A stretch of DNA of 63,197 nt, the filler included, from Hyphochytrium catenoides (taxonomy: Eukaryota; Protista; Hyphochytriomycota), in assembly GCA_900088475.1 (NCBI GenBank). It is 9 parts of 9 records of this genome, joined end to end, with 100 filler letters (N's around TTAATTAATTAA, not from the genome) between each part and the next. Parts side by side here need not be neighbours in the genome. Positions count along the whole stretch, not along the records: positions 50,169 to 55,615 come from FLMG01001502.1; positions 55,716 to 58,869 come from FLMG01001468.1; positions 58,970 to 61,357 come from FLMG01000819.1; positions 61,458 to 63,197 come from FLMG01001238.1; 5 more parts are not named here. One strand, written 5' to 3'. Positions within the stretch are counted from its first letter, which is position 1, and each line of letters starts with the position of its first letter. Shown here piece after piece: positions 51,478 through 63,197 of this stretch. The notes beneath the pieces are model-generated. The model saw nothing but the letters and a program-made list of their open reading frames with translations. It searched no databases and had not been told where the DNA came from. Position numbers and translations under genes: made by a program.

Positions 51478-53964
51478 ATGCCTAAGCCTAAGGCCCGCTC
51501 GAGGGCAAGTAAGCGTCGAGAGAAGGGCGTGTCCTCTGCTTCGGCCAAGGAGCTGTTAGTTCTGGCCGGGCGCCACCTAGAGAACTGCGATGTTTACTCT
51601 GCCAGGCAGGTTCTAGAGCAAGCCGTGCATTTAGAGCCAAACAACGTCCAGGTAGGTCAACCAGCGGTCAGTGGCGGCTTGAGCCTGTAAAGGAATAGAA
51701 TGGAGGGCTTGGTTGTGGCTGAGCGTGGGTTGAAGAGACGCCACTGCTAAATGTGGCGCTGTGAGGAGCATATTAGTGGGAGAAGAGGCTCCATCTTCTC
51801 ATCGTAATTCTCTCTTACATCCACCCCTCTCTTTTATTGCTGTGAACGCTCCTTTTCTGCAATTGCAAACGTGCTCCTTCTCCTAAGCGGATTACTGTGG
51901 CTGGCTCTCTCTTGGAGGGCATACCTTCATCCTGCTATCCCGCTCTTGCCGCCTCTTCTACTCTACCTCTGACATCGTGGTTACTGGCTTAGATCCTAGA
52001 CACACTGGGCGAGCTCTATTTTGACATGGAGGAGCTAGATTTGGCTCGGCAACTTCTAGAGCGAAGCATTGAGATAGCACCAGAGGAGAATGCGACAAAG
52101 TGGATGTACCTCGCGCAAGTCCTTACTGGTAACCTCATCATAAGCCCCACTTGCCTTTGGCAATCGACTCTCTCAAAGCTTGTTTCTTAGGACGGGAGTC
52201 AGAAGCGAAGTATCTGCGGGGTATCCAGCTTCTAGAAAGAGAAATAGAGAATGTTCAGATAGACGAGGTAGCGCGGATCTCCCACAGGACCTACTCGCAG
52301 TCCGCAGTTGTCGTTCACTTGTGCTACTTGCTTAGGGATGCCCTTTCCTCCAGAGTGTAGGCTATGCACAGCGACCTGCTCACTTTATCCTTCTTGGGTG
52401 GCGACATTTCTATCTTGACCGTCTCCACTCATCAAAGTGTGATGCTTCGCCGGTTCTTTTATATGCAGGATGAGTCGGTGATTCTTCAGATGAAGAGACA
52501 GATCTCTATGGGTTATTGCAGTTTGGTTGATCTATTTATGACAGACTTATGGTAAGTGACAGGATATGGACCGCGGGACTCTAGAGAGGAACAGTAGAAG
52601 AACGGAGCACTCTGAAGGGGATAAAGCAGAAAGAGAGGACGGCGCGCGTCATAAAGAGATTTGTCACTCCTCTCTAGGAAGGAGAGCAATGGGGTCGCCT
52701 TGGGACTCCGAGAGAAATCAGGTTGCAAGGTTTACCCCTTGAAATGAGCGAGAGGGTTTAAATGACCGGGAGTGAGTGACAATCAAAAGACAAACTACGA
52801 TGCGACATTCGTGGGATATACATAGATATTTTCCTTGATTTGAACCTCACGCGAGAGAGATACGACGTGGCAAAGCTATGGCTCAATGCTGCTTGGCTCG
52901 TTATTATCTCATGCCCTTACCAAAACTTTTCAGTTACGAGGATGAAGCAGAGTCTTCTTGCGAGAAGTTTGCAGAGTTGGCTTTGCGTTACGGCGAGGGG
53001 TCTCCTGAGCCCTTGCAGACCTTGGCGAATCTCCGTCTAACGCAGCAGAAGACAGAGGAAGCTCAAAAGCTGATGAGTGAGGTGTGCCACAAGCTTAAAT
53101 CCCTTGGTAAGTAGTACAGAGAAAGATGAAACCGAAAGCGAGGTAAAGCTCGGGCGGATAGCAAAGATCGGCTTTGGTCGTGACAGTCAGGGTGACAGCA
53201 AATTGCGCTTTAGGCGGATAGGCAATGAAGAGAAAGCAAGGCAGGCTCGGCTTTAGTCTAGAGGAGCGCTGAAAAGATAGCTAACTTTCTTGACTAACTC
53301 TCCCTTCTCTGTTCCCACATGCACGCCTATTTTCTCTTCGCTCCATGACCCTTTGCGAAACTCTACAGAAGAGGAAGAAGAAGAGCTACCGGCGATGACC
53401 TTTAGGATCTGTACCGGGAAAATCTTGATTGAGCTTGAAAGTTACGATGAGGCGAGCGAAGTGCTGGAAGCAGTCATTGCAGAGGACGATGAGAACATTG
53501 AGCTGTGGTTCCTCTTAGCAACGTGCTACTACCATATGAAGAACTATAGAGAGGCGAAGGAGTTTGCTCTCACAGCCCTGAAGGTAGGAAGACTGCGGAT
53601 CTTCAAACCTGGATAGAGGAGTTAAAGGACTTCACTCGCTCCTCTAAGATTTGTCTCTTCTCTCCTCTTCATCCCTGTCTGTCCTTCTTTCGTTGCAGTG
53701 TCTGTCATCATCTCACAATCCTCTAGCTCTACCTGACAATTAGTTTAACGGTTCCACTTCTTGCAGATGTTTCACACGCTACGGGACGTGCTAGGCTCAG
53801 AGTTCTCCTACCATCAACAGCAAAGTGCAGTGGAGGAGCTACTCCACAAAATAGAGGAAGAAGCAGGGACAGAAGGCGTTGACCTTAGCGGAGTGACAGG
53901 CAGAGAAGGAGAGGAGGACGACGAAGAGGATGACGAAGACGACTGGGAGGATGAAGAGGACTGA
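51478..53964 (+). CDS. ACL4: TPR protein, ACL4-like assembly chaperone of ribosomal protein L4 (7 exons: 51478-51651, 51993-52128, 52191-52267, 52469-52551, 52934-53106, 53369-53583, 53767-53964)
   Basis: TPR helices plus KWMYLAQ, YCSLVDLFMTDLCYEDEAESSCE, SPEPLQTLANLRLTQ, FRICTGKILIELE, EDDENIELWFL and an acidic tail DDEDDWEDEED. Confidence 0.85.
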
Positions 53965-54006
53965 TGATAAAAGAGAAGTTGAGCGGAGTAATCTAGGAGG
54001 GCCGCG

Positions 54007-57000
54007 TCATGCAAGCCTAGCACGTTCAAGACTGTAGAGTCGCTCATCTTTCTCTTGGACCTCGTCCGGCGTTAGGGGAGTAGCTGGATCGAAGAGAGAA
54101 AAGAAACGCCTGGCATTGACTGGGGGAGTGCNNNNNNNNNNNNNNNNNNNNNNNNNNNNNNNNNNNNNNNNNNNNNTCAAAAAGAGCCCTTCTACAGTCT
54201 TTGCGGCTCTGAATGCTATGCCTGTTCCCTGCTCCCTTGAGTGAGCGGCTGGAGCCCCGTCCTGACGGACTCGATGCACAGCTGGATTCCGTGACCTCAC
54301 TAGTCCTCACCGCTGCAGCTTAGGCTGATCGAGAGAGAGAGGAGGTGATAAAAGAAGTTAGGCCCGATGGCGATGGAGGGTTATTTGGGGCAGTACCGGG
54401 AAGATGTTTAGACTAAGCCTTCATAACCCTAAGACTGTACAAGCGAAGTGCTTACCCTCAGTTTGTTTCCTCTCTTTTTCAACTCTTTCTTTTCTCTCTT
54501 CTCATCCCATCGCATCTTCTCCTCCCACGAGAGCTTTTCATACTCTTCTCGCTGCTGGGATAGCTTCTCCAGTTTTCTCTGTTGCGCTTGCTAGATACAT
54601 TGGCGGGGTATTTGAAAGGGTTGAGGCGGCAAAAAAGAATTAAGCGAGGCAGACCGTTGGGAAAAGGTGAGAAGGTCGGAGCTCTAGAATTTTTCTTCCC
54701 AGTATGGAGCGACAGAGACAGGGCTGACCGAACGAGCGCAACCGCAGCAGATATTGACTATTGAGAGCACTAGGACAAACCTCTTGGAGATCTCTGTGAG
54801 TCTTTTTCTGCAGAGCCTCTTGATATGCCTTCCTCTTCTTTTCTGCTCTACTCTTTGCCTGCGTGAAAGAGTAAGGGTCCATCCAGGAAACCAAGGGTAG
54901 TGGGACGGAGGCGCCGTATGTTAGAGGAACGTGATGTCTAGGCTAGTATAGAGGGAACGCGTTGACAAAGTGCGCCAAGCTGGTGACCCAAAGGAAGGGG
55001 AACTGAACCTTCTTAATAGTTTGGAAGGAAAGAAATGCGAAGAAAGACACAAGAGCAGTGAGCCTTTCAATGAGTCAGGAGATTAGAGTGACGAGCTGAG
55101 TCCAGTCACTAAGTAAAAGATGACAATGAGACCCAAGCAGGCTAACGGCCCGGCTCTTCGCACTCTCTCGGTTATGGTGCCTACCTCTTTAGTTATCTTT
55201 GCACTCCTAGCGGCGACATCGACAAGGAACAGAGCGAGCTCTAAGAGCTTGCTAGCAGCCTCACTGTCCCACGGGAAGAGAGAAAAGCGGAACTTCGCGT
55301 AGTTGCGGGCAATGCCTTCAAAGCCCCTATGATAGCGGTATTAACAAAGTAAGCCTCTTGCCTTCTATCCTCCTGGCTGGGTCTTTGGATCTCCTTTAAC
55401 TCTCTCAACCTTCAAATGCCTTTATCGCCCTATTCTCCTTGCTTCGTTATGTTGTTCTAAGCTTTCATTATGTGCCTCTCTGCCATAGCTAGAGCACTGG
55501 CAGACTTACTGGACAGCGTTCACGTTCTGATCGGTGACTAGCAGAAGCCTCACAAACTCCTGGCACTTTTCTAAGACCTGCCGGAAAAAAGGAGTCCACA
55601 CCAGCGAAAGAGGAGNNNNNNNNNNNNNNNNNNNNNNNNNNNNNNNNNNNNNNNNNNNNTTAATTAATTAANNNNNNNNNNNNNNNNNNNNNNNNNNNNN
55701 NNNNNNNNNNNNNNNGAGAGAGAGAGAGAGAGTTTAGGAACCGAGAGATGGTGGAGGAAAGCTAACGGAGATTAACTAGTGGAAGACCACAGCCACTGAG
55801 AAAAAGAGAGCCTTCCTTAAAAAGAAATAGACTAAGGAACGAGGAGAGAGAGAGAGAAGGAGAGATGAAAGGTGGGAGAAAGACAGGCAAACAGTTTGAG
55901 AGAGAATGACAGAGAAAGAGAGAGAGAGACAAAGACAGAAAGAGAGTAAGGAATGCTAGAGAGAGAAGAGAAAGAAGAAAGCCATAGACGAGAAAGCGGG
56001 AGAGGGATAGTCCAGGCAGGACAAAGAGAGAGAGCTCCATAGTCACGTCTCCGTTGTTACCTTCAAGAAGCACTTAAAAAGCTCTTCCACTTCGTCTCCA
56101 GTGAGCCCGAGAGGACCGAACTCCGCTTTATAGGCGTCCAGTGGATAGCTCGAGACATCTACGTCCATACATGGCACACAGCGATGCATGTTTCTCTTTC
56201 TCTCTCTCTTTTCTCTGTCTTTTTCTCTCTTTGCTTGCTCTCTTTTTCTTGGTGGCTAACCCTCTCCAGAGAAGGACCTTTCTCTTCCCTCTTCGGCCAG
56301 CCTCCTTCTCTCCTCTAACTCAATCACCTATTCTTTTGAGGGCATCCAATCTGGAGAGAAAGAGAGAGAGAAACATTCGCCTATTGGGGAAGAATTTTCT
56401 GTCACTAACGAGTTATCTGCTTCTATATGAAGGGAAATGCAAGGACGAGGGGGAATTATTGAGAGAGAGAAAGGCCGAACGCAAGAGTCAGACGGAGATT
56501 TTAGGCAACGAAGAGAGAGAGAGAGTATAGCGTTCAGATACTGATTATACCGAGGAGATCGCACTAAGCCACTAACCGCTTCTCTCTCCTCTCGCCTTTC
56601 CCTCTCCTTCTGTCTTCTTCTCATTCAGATAAGTGAAGCGAAAGAGAGAGGGAGCAGGACAAAAGTACACAGATTGTGGAAGAGAGAGAAGAGAGGCGAG
56701 GACGAGACCAAAGAGAGCCTAAAAGAGAGAGAGTAAGAGAGAGAGGTGGCTATCGTCTATCAGCAGTACAAAAGAGCGCAAGAGAGCAATGATGCAGGGC
56801 GTGGCCAAGGCATAAGAACAGGGGAAGAAGTCAGGACACTGTGCAGCAAGAACACTAGTAAAATTTAGAGAGACAGGCCAATTCGTAGTCGTTTGGCAGG
56901 GAAGCATAGAACAAATGAGGGAGAGGGTGGGAGAGGGAAAGCGAGAGAGAGAAAGAGAGAGAGAAAAAGAAAAGAGAGAGAGAGAGAGAGAGAGAGANNN

Positions 57001-57191
57001 NNNNNNNNNNNNNNNNNNNNNNNNNNNNNNNNNNNNNNNNNNAGAGAGAGAGAGAGAGAGAAAGAACCATTCAGATGGAGAGTCGGGCAGCAGCAGGAAA
57101 GTCAACGAGACAACAGCTAGAGCGACGAAGGTCGAGAGAGACAAAGGGGAGAGGGAAAGAGAGAACAACAAAGAGAGCCAGAGCCACACGG

Positions 57192-57236
<45 letters not shown>

Positions 57237-57500
57237 AATGGAGAGACACGATGTTGCACTTGCACTTCTTGATCTTGACATCAAAAAAAACTTGTAACGA
57301 CCATTGACCTGAATGGGTAACAAGGTTACCACAAAGGGTCCAAACTCTTATCTTCCTCAATAGTTTGGCTTGGGTGTAAGCTTCTCTGTTTGCCTGGTCC
57401 TTTGTGGGTACCCATGCGGGTCAGTGGTTATCCCATCTTCAAGCTGGACGCTGCTTGCCCATCATCTTCCCATCTCTGCCCTGCACACCCGGCTTTTGAA

Positions 57501-57543
<43 letters not shown>

Positions 57544-58831
57544 ACCTCTCTCTCTCTCTCTATTTCTCTCTCACACCCACTCTCTCTCTCTTCCTCTCTC
57601 TCTCCATCTCTCTCTCTCTGTCTCTCTCCTTTTCACCATTCTCTCTTCATTTCTTCCCTCGGTCACTTCGCACCCTTGTTCTTCTTACGTGGGGTCTCTC
57701 TTCTCTCGCGGACTTCATTGGCTCTCTCTCTCTTTCTCTCCTTCTCTCTCTCTCTTTCTCTTTCTCTGTACATCTCGGTCTCGCTCTCTCTCTCTTACAA
57801 TGTCTAAATATATCCTGGCTCTATGTATTGGTCTGTCTGGAATCATTCTCCCCTGTGAACGCTGTACGATCTCAACGTTATTATGGCACAAATTCTTCAC
57901 ATCTTCCTTGCTCTTCCTGGTTCCTTCTTCTCTCTTCTTTCCTCTCTTCTTCCCCTTCATCTTCCTCCCCTGTCCAAGTTGTTTCTCTCAAAGAACCTTG
58001 CTCAATAACTGTTCCTCTGTCTCGCTCTTCTCTCTCTCTCTCTTTCTCTCCTCTCTCTCTCTCTCTCACACACACTCATCCAGACAACTCTCTGGTTAAC
58101 CGCTGGCACTGTACACAATAGAACCCATCAGCAACTGAGCAACCGGCAAAGCCAGAGAAGTGAAAAGAGAGAGAAGAGGAAGAAAGAGAGAGAGAGAGAG
58201 ACAGACAGAGAACGCCGGGAAGAAGGGACCTATGAAGAGACGGTAAAGGTGCCGAGATAGAATGACATATTTTGTCCTTTCTCCCTTCGTCACGTCTCTC
58301 TCCTCCGAACCCAAAAGAAGGTAATAGGACCGGCCATCGAAGACGCGTGCCCTAAGAGAAGCTAACAGGGAGGAGAGAGACATCGAGAAAACGAAGCGAC
58401 GAACGAGAACGAGAAGAAAGAGAGAGAGAGAAAAAGAGAGAGAGGAGAGAGAGAGAGAGGAAGAATCTCATCCGAAGTAGGATCTTGGTCACTTCCCATT
58501 AGTCGGCGCGCCCGGCTGCTAATCTGAGCTTCCCAGATCTTCGAGAACCTCAGAAAGGAAAGAGCTTCGGAGAGAAAAAGAGAGAGAGAGAGGGATTCTC
58601 TCTTCTCTCTCTTGAGAAGAGACAGGAACCATGAGCCGGCAACTGCATCTAGACATTGACGATATCTCTTACCAAGGGGACCAAAAGGGAGACAACATAC
58701 TGGAGGTAGGAAGGGAAACCCATAGGGAGACAGCGCGAAGAGAGAGGAGAGAAGAGGAGAAAAAATGGGAGAGGGGGCTGGATCTGACCTGGGACGGAAG
58801 AGACAGTGATGTGTGTGGGAAAGAGAGAGTT

Positions 58832-58869
<38 letters not shown>

Positions 58870-59170
58870 NNNNNNNNNNNNNNNNNNNNNNNNNNNNNNN
58901 NNNNNNNNNNNNNTTAATTAATTAANNNNNNNNNNNNNNNNNNNNNNNNNNNNNNNNNNNNNNNNNNNNTATACACTCTGAGTCCAGCGACAGCGGGAGA
59001 GGGAGACAGAGTTCGGTAGAAAGCCGTCTACGAAGGGCAGAGCCCTCGAGGAAGAGATATGAGGACAAAGGTAGGGAGAGCGGGCGGGCGGGATCCCAAG
59101 ACAGAGAGGACGAGGATAAAAGGTAAAGGCAGTTGTCATGGGAATAGAAGAAGAATAGAGCTACCTGGAA
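54007..59170 (-). pseudogene. Fragmentary multi-exon gene remnants with in-frame stops
   Basis: Exon-like pieces bounded by AG/GT (e.g. DVSSYPLDAYKAEFGPLGLTGDEVEELFKCFLK ~56061-56160; VQFPFLW...LY*PRHH...DLQE ~54781-55008). The span crosses two contig linkers, so the pieces may not belong together. Confidence 0.3.
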
Positions 59171-59781
59171 GAGAGAGAGTAACATGTAGAGAGAGACGCT
59201 GGGAATAGGCAGAAGTGAGGGAGAGGAAGACGGGAGGAGAGAAAGGTTAGGGAAGAGAGAGCGTCGGGAAGAGCAAGTGGGGGTAATAAAGGGATAGAGA
59301 TAGATAGGAGGAGGGAGACAGATTGAGGATACAGAGCAGAGAGAGAGAGAGAGAGTGTGGCAGTCTGACAGAGGAAAGATAGGGAGAGAGAGAAAAAGAG
59401 AGAGAGTAAAAGAGAGAGAAAGAGAAAGAGAGAAAGAGAGAGACTCTGTAAAGCCATGTAACTGACGTCCCAAGCAGGAGGAGGAGGGCCAACAGCTAGC
59501 CCCCTCCCTCCCATGATGACTGCTAACGCCACAATTTGGCAGCTAGTATCCGTTAGCGGCTATAGTCCTTGTCCGAAGCAACAAATAATTGGATGTTCTC
59601 ATGATGAACGAGGATGATGATGGAGGAGACAGAGTGAAGAGGAAGAGAGAGAGAAAGAGATGTAGAGAGAGAAGAGAGAAAAGAGAGATGCAGCGAGAGA
59701 GAGACTACAGTACTTGGGAGAAAGAGCCGGCATAGAGGTCGAGAGGGCTAGAAAGAGAGAGAGAGAAAAAAAGAAAAAAAA

Positions 59782-59824
<43 letters not shown>

Positions 59825-60511
59825 AGGGTCTCGATAATATGTCTATTGATGAGCATATAGAAGGCCCCTATTATCTCTGGGCCCAGGTGCCACTATCATT
59901 CCATGGACCTTTCCTCCCTCGTTATCGTCACATCTTCCCAATGACTCATGGCTCCTGATACCCAGGACTTGCTGATGGATGACGCTCCAACAAGCAGCGG
60001 GAAGAGGACCATTCCCTAAGTATTATCCGGTCATCACCGCCCGCGGGCTGACAGCGATGCCACAGTAGTCTCGTCATTGGCCGAAGCAGGTAGTAGAGAC
60101 AAAATGATGGATTGTGGGATCCGTCAAACACTGAGTTCAACGGAGAAGGAGAAGGTCTTGACTCTCTCCTTCTTATGCTTTGTCTCTCTCAATCTTCTGT
60201 TTTTCTGTCATCTATTCATTCGAAGTTGCCGTGAGCCCATGTGTGCTTTCTTCTACCTATCTACCTTTGTCATGCTCCTTACTCTCTTTGAGGAGGAGTT
60301 TATCAAGCGCCAGCTCTTCTTTTCAGCCTTTCTCTTCTTCGTTGTAGAGACTAAGAAAGCAAGGTTCCTCACCCAATGATCAAAGCCGCCCGAGGTCCAA
60401 ATCTTGGGAACAAGTAGCTCAGCTCAGCCCAGCGCCCCGTGTTAACTCTCCTCTTTGTCAAACTCAGCGGCCAAAGAGAAAAGGGGATCGCGAAAGATCT
60501 TCGTTCTGCTG

Positions 60512-61357
60512 TTAGCAGGGCCCACCATTCCGGACCATCTCCAGTAGAAGCAAAGGAAAGAGGAATGGTCCATAAAGGACTTGAGCCATTATAGAGATCC
60601 GAAGAAAGGTCCTCTGAGTATCTTCTATGAGTCTGACAAGAGGGACCCCAACCTTCCGATCGATAACAAGAATAAAGATCACCATCTCCAGCACCACCAT
60701 GGCCATGTAAGCCAGATAGTCGGGCTTGAACTTCAATGCGGACAGATATGTCTTCTGCTCGTCAAAGCAGCTCTGATCACCCCTGAGGAGCTTAGCCCGA
60801 TACATGTCTTTGAAGATCAATAAGGTAATGGTGTTCCCCAGAGTTGCGAGTGAAGAAGAGAAGAGACTGAGGGCAATTTGTCGCCAGAGTGTAGCGGTGC
60901 GTTCAAGAGCCAAGTCTTCCTTCTCCTTATTGGCTGGGCCCTGCTCTCTGCCTGTAAGCGACATCCGCGCAGTGAAGGGCATCACTACGTTGCTGGTAGC
61001 CCACTTCTTCGTCGGACTATTAGGCGGTGCCTGCTGGGAGTCAACCGTCAACTGGACATCTGCTTCCTTCTTCCCTCCTCTTTTCGCCTGTTCGCTCTGA
61101 TCTCTGAAAGCTAAGGTCTCAGAAGAACGACCTGATCTATCTCTCATCATCTTCTCCTTCCACCAAATAGCAGCACCGCAGCATACGCACGAGGACAGCA
61201 TAGAAGTTGATATGACCCAGATCGTATTGCTGGTTGCCTGCGACAAGCTTGCGGCATACTGCATCAGCTGTGTAAGCAGATACATTTTGAAGAGGATCGG
61301 CTCTATCTTTATGCCGTACGCCATGCCACTGAGCAGGCAGCGCTCCAGAATGAAGGA
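60512..61357 (-). CDS. Multi-pass membrane protein, GPCR-like (5' end lost in gap)
   Basis: The frame is open to the gap (SFILERCLL, an E/DRY-like position), followed by several hydrophobic helices with a long polar loop between two of them. Confidence 0.5.
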   Translation of the reverse strand, partial: SFILERCLLSGMAYGIKIEPILFKMYLLTQLMQYAASLSQATSNTIWVISTSMLSSCVCCGAAIWWKEKMMRDRSGRSSETLAFRDQSEQAKRGGKKEADVQLTVDSQQAPPNSPTKKWATSNVVMPFTARMSLTGREQGPANKEKEDLALERTATLWRQIALSLFSSSLATLGNTITLLIFKDMYRAKLLRGDQSCFDEQKTYLSALKFKPDYLAYMAMVVLEMVIFILVIDRKVGVPLVRLIEDTQRTFLRISIMAQVLYGPFLFPLLLLEMVRNGGPC

Positions 61358-62749
61358 NNNNNNNNNNNNNNNNNNNNNNNNNNNNNNNNNNNNNNNNNNN
61401 NTTAATTAATTAANNNNNNNNNNNNNNNNNNNNNNNNNNNNNNNNNNNNNNNNNNNNGAGAGAGAGAGAGAGAGAGAGAGCCAGGGATGGAAAAGGCACA
61501 GAGGAATAGAGGAGTCTCCGAATAAACCAGGCAGCCAAATAAGAACAGTAAGGAGGTGATAGACAGAGAGAGAGAGAGAGGGAAGAGAACCGGAGATTAG
61601 AAGGGACAGAAGCAGTGCGAAGGGGATAGACATATGGAGGGAGATAGACGGGAGACAGATAAGCAAAATAGTAGAGAGAGATGAGGGGAGGGCCTATATG
61701 CTCTGTACTAGGGCTTCAAGGAAGCTTAGCGTCTCACAATATAGGTCGATGTTAACAGCTGTTTGGTATAGGTAATCAGACGCTAGATCTCTGCCTCCGA
61801 TGTCTGGATCGAGGCCATACAACACGGGACTGTCCTGTTGAGATCAGGTTCAGGGTAAAGGGCCGTTGTTTTATCTGTAGCCTGCCACAAAGTGGGGAAG
61901 ACAAGAGAGAGTACTTTCACCTCGCTGAAGGTGCGTTTGGTAATCGCCAGCTCTGCGATTCTGGTGGTAAAGATGTGGTTCTGCCTGTTGCCTGGTTTGT
62001 TCATCGGCACGCCAACCTGTTTTTGATGCGAGCGCGTTCATTAGAGACTTTGGCTTTCGTCACGCAGGGCTTCCTACACCTGAAGGATTTGCTTCCTGGC
62101 TGACGCAGTCCAGCAGGCAACAGATCCTCCTAGTCAATGCCACTTGTCTTTTTGTTTGGGGCATGGACCGCCGAACCCGTGCTGATGAGATCCTTTCTGC
62201 CACAATTTCTATGAGCAGCTAACAATATTGTTGACCTCCGCTGAGGTAAGGAATTGTCTTACGATTTCAGGCCTTTATTATCATTATAGGAAAATGGCCA
62301 AAAAGTTTCTATCTCAAGATGAGGAACAGAAGTAAATTAGATCTGGCAACAGATACTGGACCAGCTCCACAGCAGCAACTGAAAATTTGTGACGATACAT
62401 ACAATACAGAAGGGCTAAGTGGCCAAGACAAACATTATTGATCAAAAATACCCTCCAGTATTATTCCCATGGGCAACAAGAGAAAGTGTTGCCACAAATA
62501 CCGCTGATTGTTTTCCTTCACCTTTCTAAGGGTCTCACACACAGCTTTTAAGCGAGAAGGGAGGTTTTTTCCTCCTCACCGATGAAAAAAGTCATGGAAA
62601 TGAGTAGAGAGGAAAAAAAGTCGTGCCGGCGGCTGTCAGAGCTCGACTCAAAGATGCCGCTGCTTGCAAGCTATCTGTCATTCTCCAGAAGCAGTAGGGT
62701 CTTATTTGTCTCTTCTTATCACGGGAAAGAAGAGAAGAGAACGACAAAG

Positions 62750-63197
62750 ATGGTAAAGAAGAAGAAGACTGCCCCTACTAAACCGATTCGGCCAGCTGTC
62801 TTGGCGAAGCAGAAGGCCAACTTGGATCACATGATTGCAAAGACGAAGGAGTGCTTAAGCGCAGTTGAGGCGAGGCCGCATTGGCTAAAAGAGCCTATTT
62901 TTGACTTCCTATCAGCTTTTCTTCTGCGGAGTGAACTATCAACTGAAGCCCAGATAGCACACTTTAAATCACGAACTGATGTTCTTCTGCAGCAGCAAGG
63001 TCTCCCCACCTTCCAGAAGAAGGACAAGGACAGAGTAAAGCAACCATCCTCCCTGACACCCGCTGGTAGTAATAGCGCATCTGCCTGCCTGGGTACTGTG
63101 AGGGAGGCTCCTTTGCCCGCAGCAAAAGACGTCATGACACCCAAAGGGAAAGAAAACAGTTCAATGTTGCACCATAAGACACCGCCATTGACCAAGA
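62750..63197 (+). CDS. Hypothetical protein N-terminus, running off the window end
   Basis: ATG at 62750 is followed by ~149 stop-free codons (MVKKKKTAPTKPIRPAVLAKQKANLDHMIAKTKECLSAVEARPHWLKEPIFDFL...). It is absent from the ORF track, presumably because no stop is reached. Confidence 0.5.
   Translation, partial: MVKKKKTAPTKPIRPAVLAKQKANLDHMIAKTKECLSAVEARPHWLKEPIFDFLSAFLLRSELSTEAQIAHFKSRTDVLLQQQGLPTFQKKDKDRVKQPSSLTPAGSNSASACLGTVREAPLPAAKDVMTPKGKENSSMLHHKTPPLTK

Overview
Eukaryotic nuclear DNA with GT-AG introns and dense (GA)n/(CT)n microsatellites. It is probably from a stramenopile-like protist, inferred from the RPS21 'CSWTN' variant and an oomycete-type Cys-rich secreted protein. The window is a concatenation of about 9 contigs joined by N44-TTAATTAATTAA-N44 linkers, so adjacency across linkers is not biological. 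Genes I reconstructed by hand: a 5-exon secreted alpha-amylase (GH13 + CBM20) that closely resembles Streptomyces-type amylases (likely HGT followed by intron gain), the N-terminus of a CelA-like GT2 (cellulose-synthase-like) protein, BLOC1S2, a DOT1-like methyltransferase, an 8-exon oomycete-type membrane-anchored protein, a transmembrane-RGS protein, an intronless secreted orphan with an RLLR motif, RPS21, an ACL4-like TPR protein and a GPCR-like fragment. Mobile or decayed content: two degenerate CRE-like non-LTR retrotransposons (RT + restriction-like endonuclease), a dispersed LTR-like repeat (3 copies, one carrying an ~88-bp tandem array), a trypsin pseudogene and a defensin-like pseudogene. 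The most distinctive structural signal is a class of introns with (GA)n just after the donor and complementary (CT)n just before the acceptor, which could bridge splice sites by RNA pairing. All family assignments come from motif recognition by eye, not database searches.
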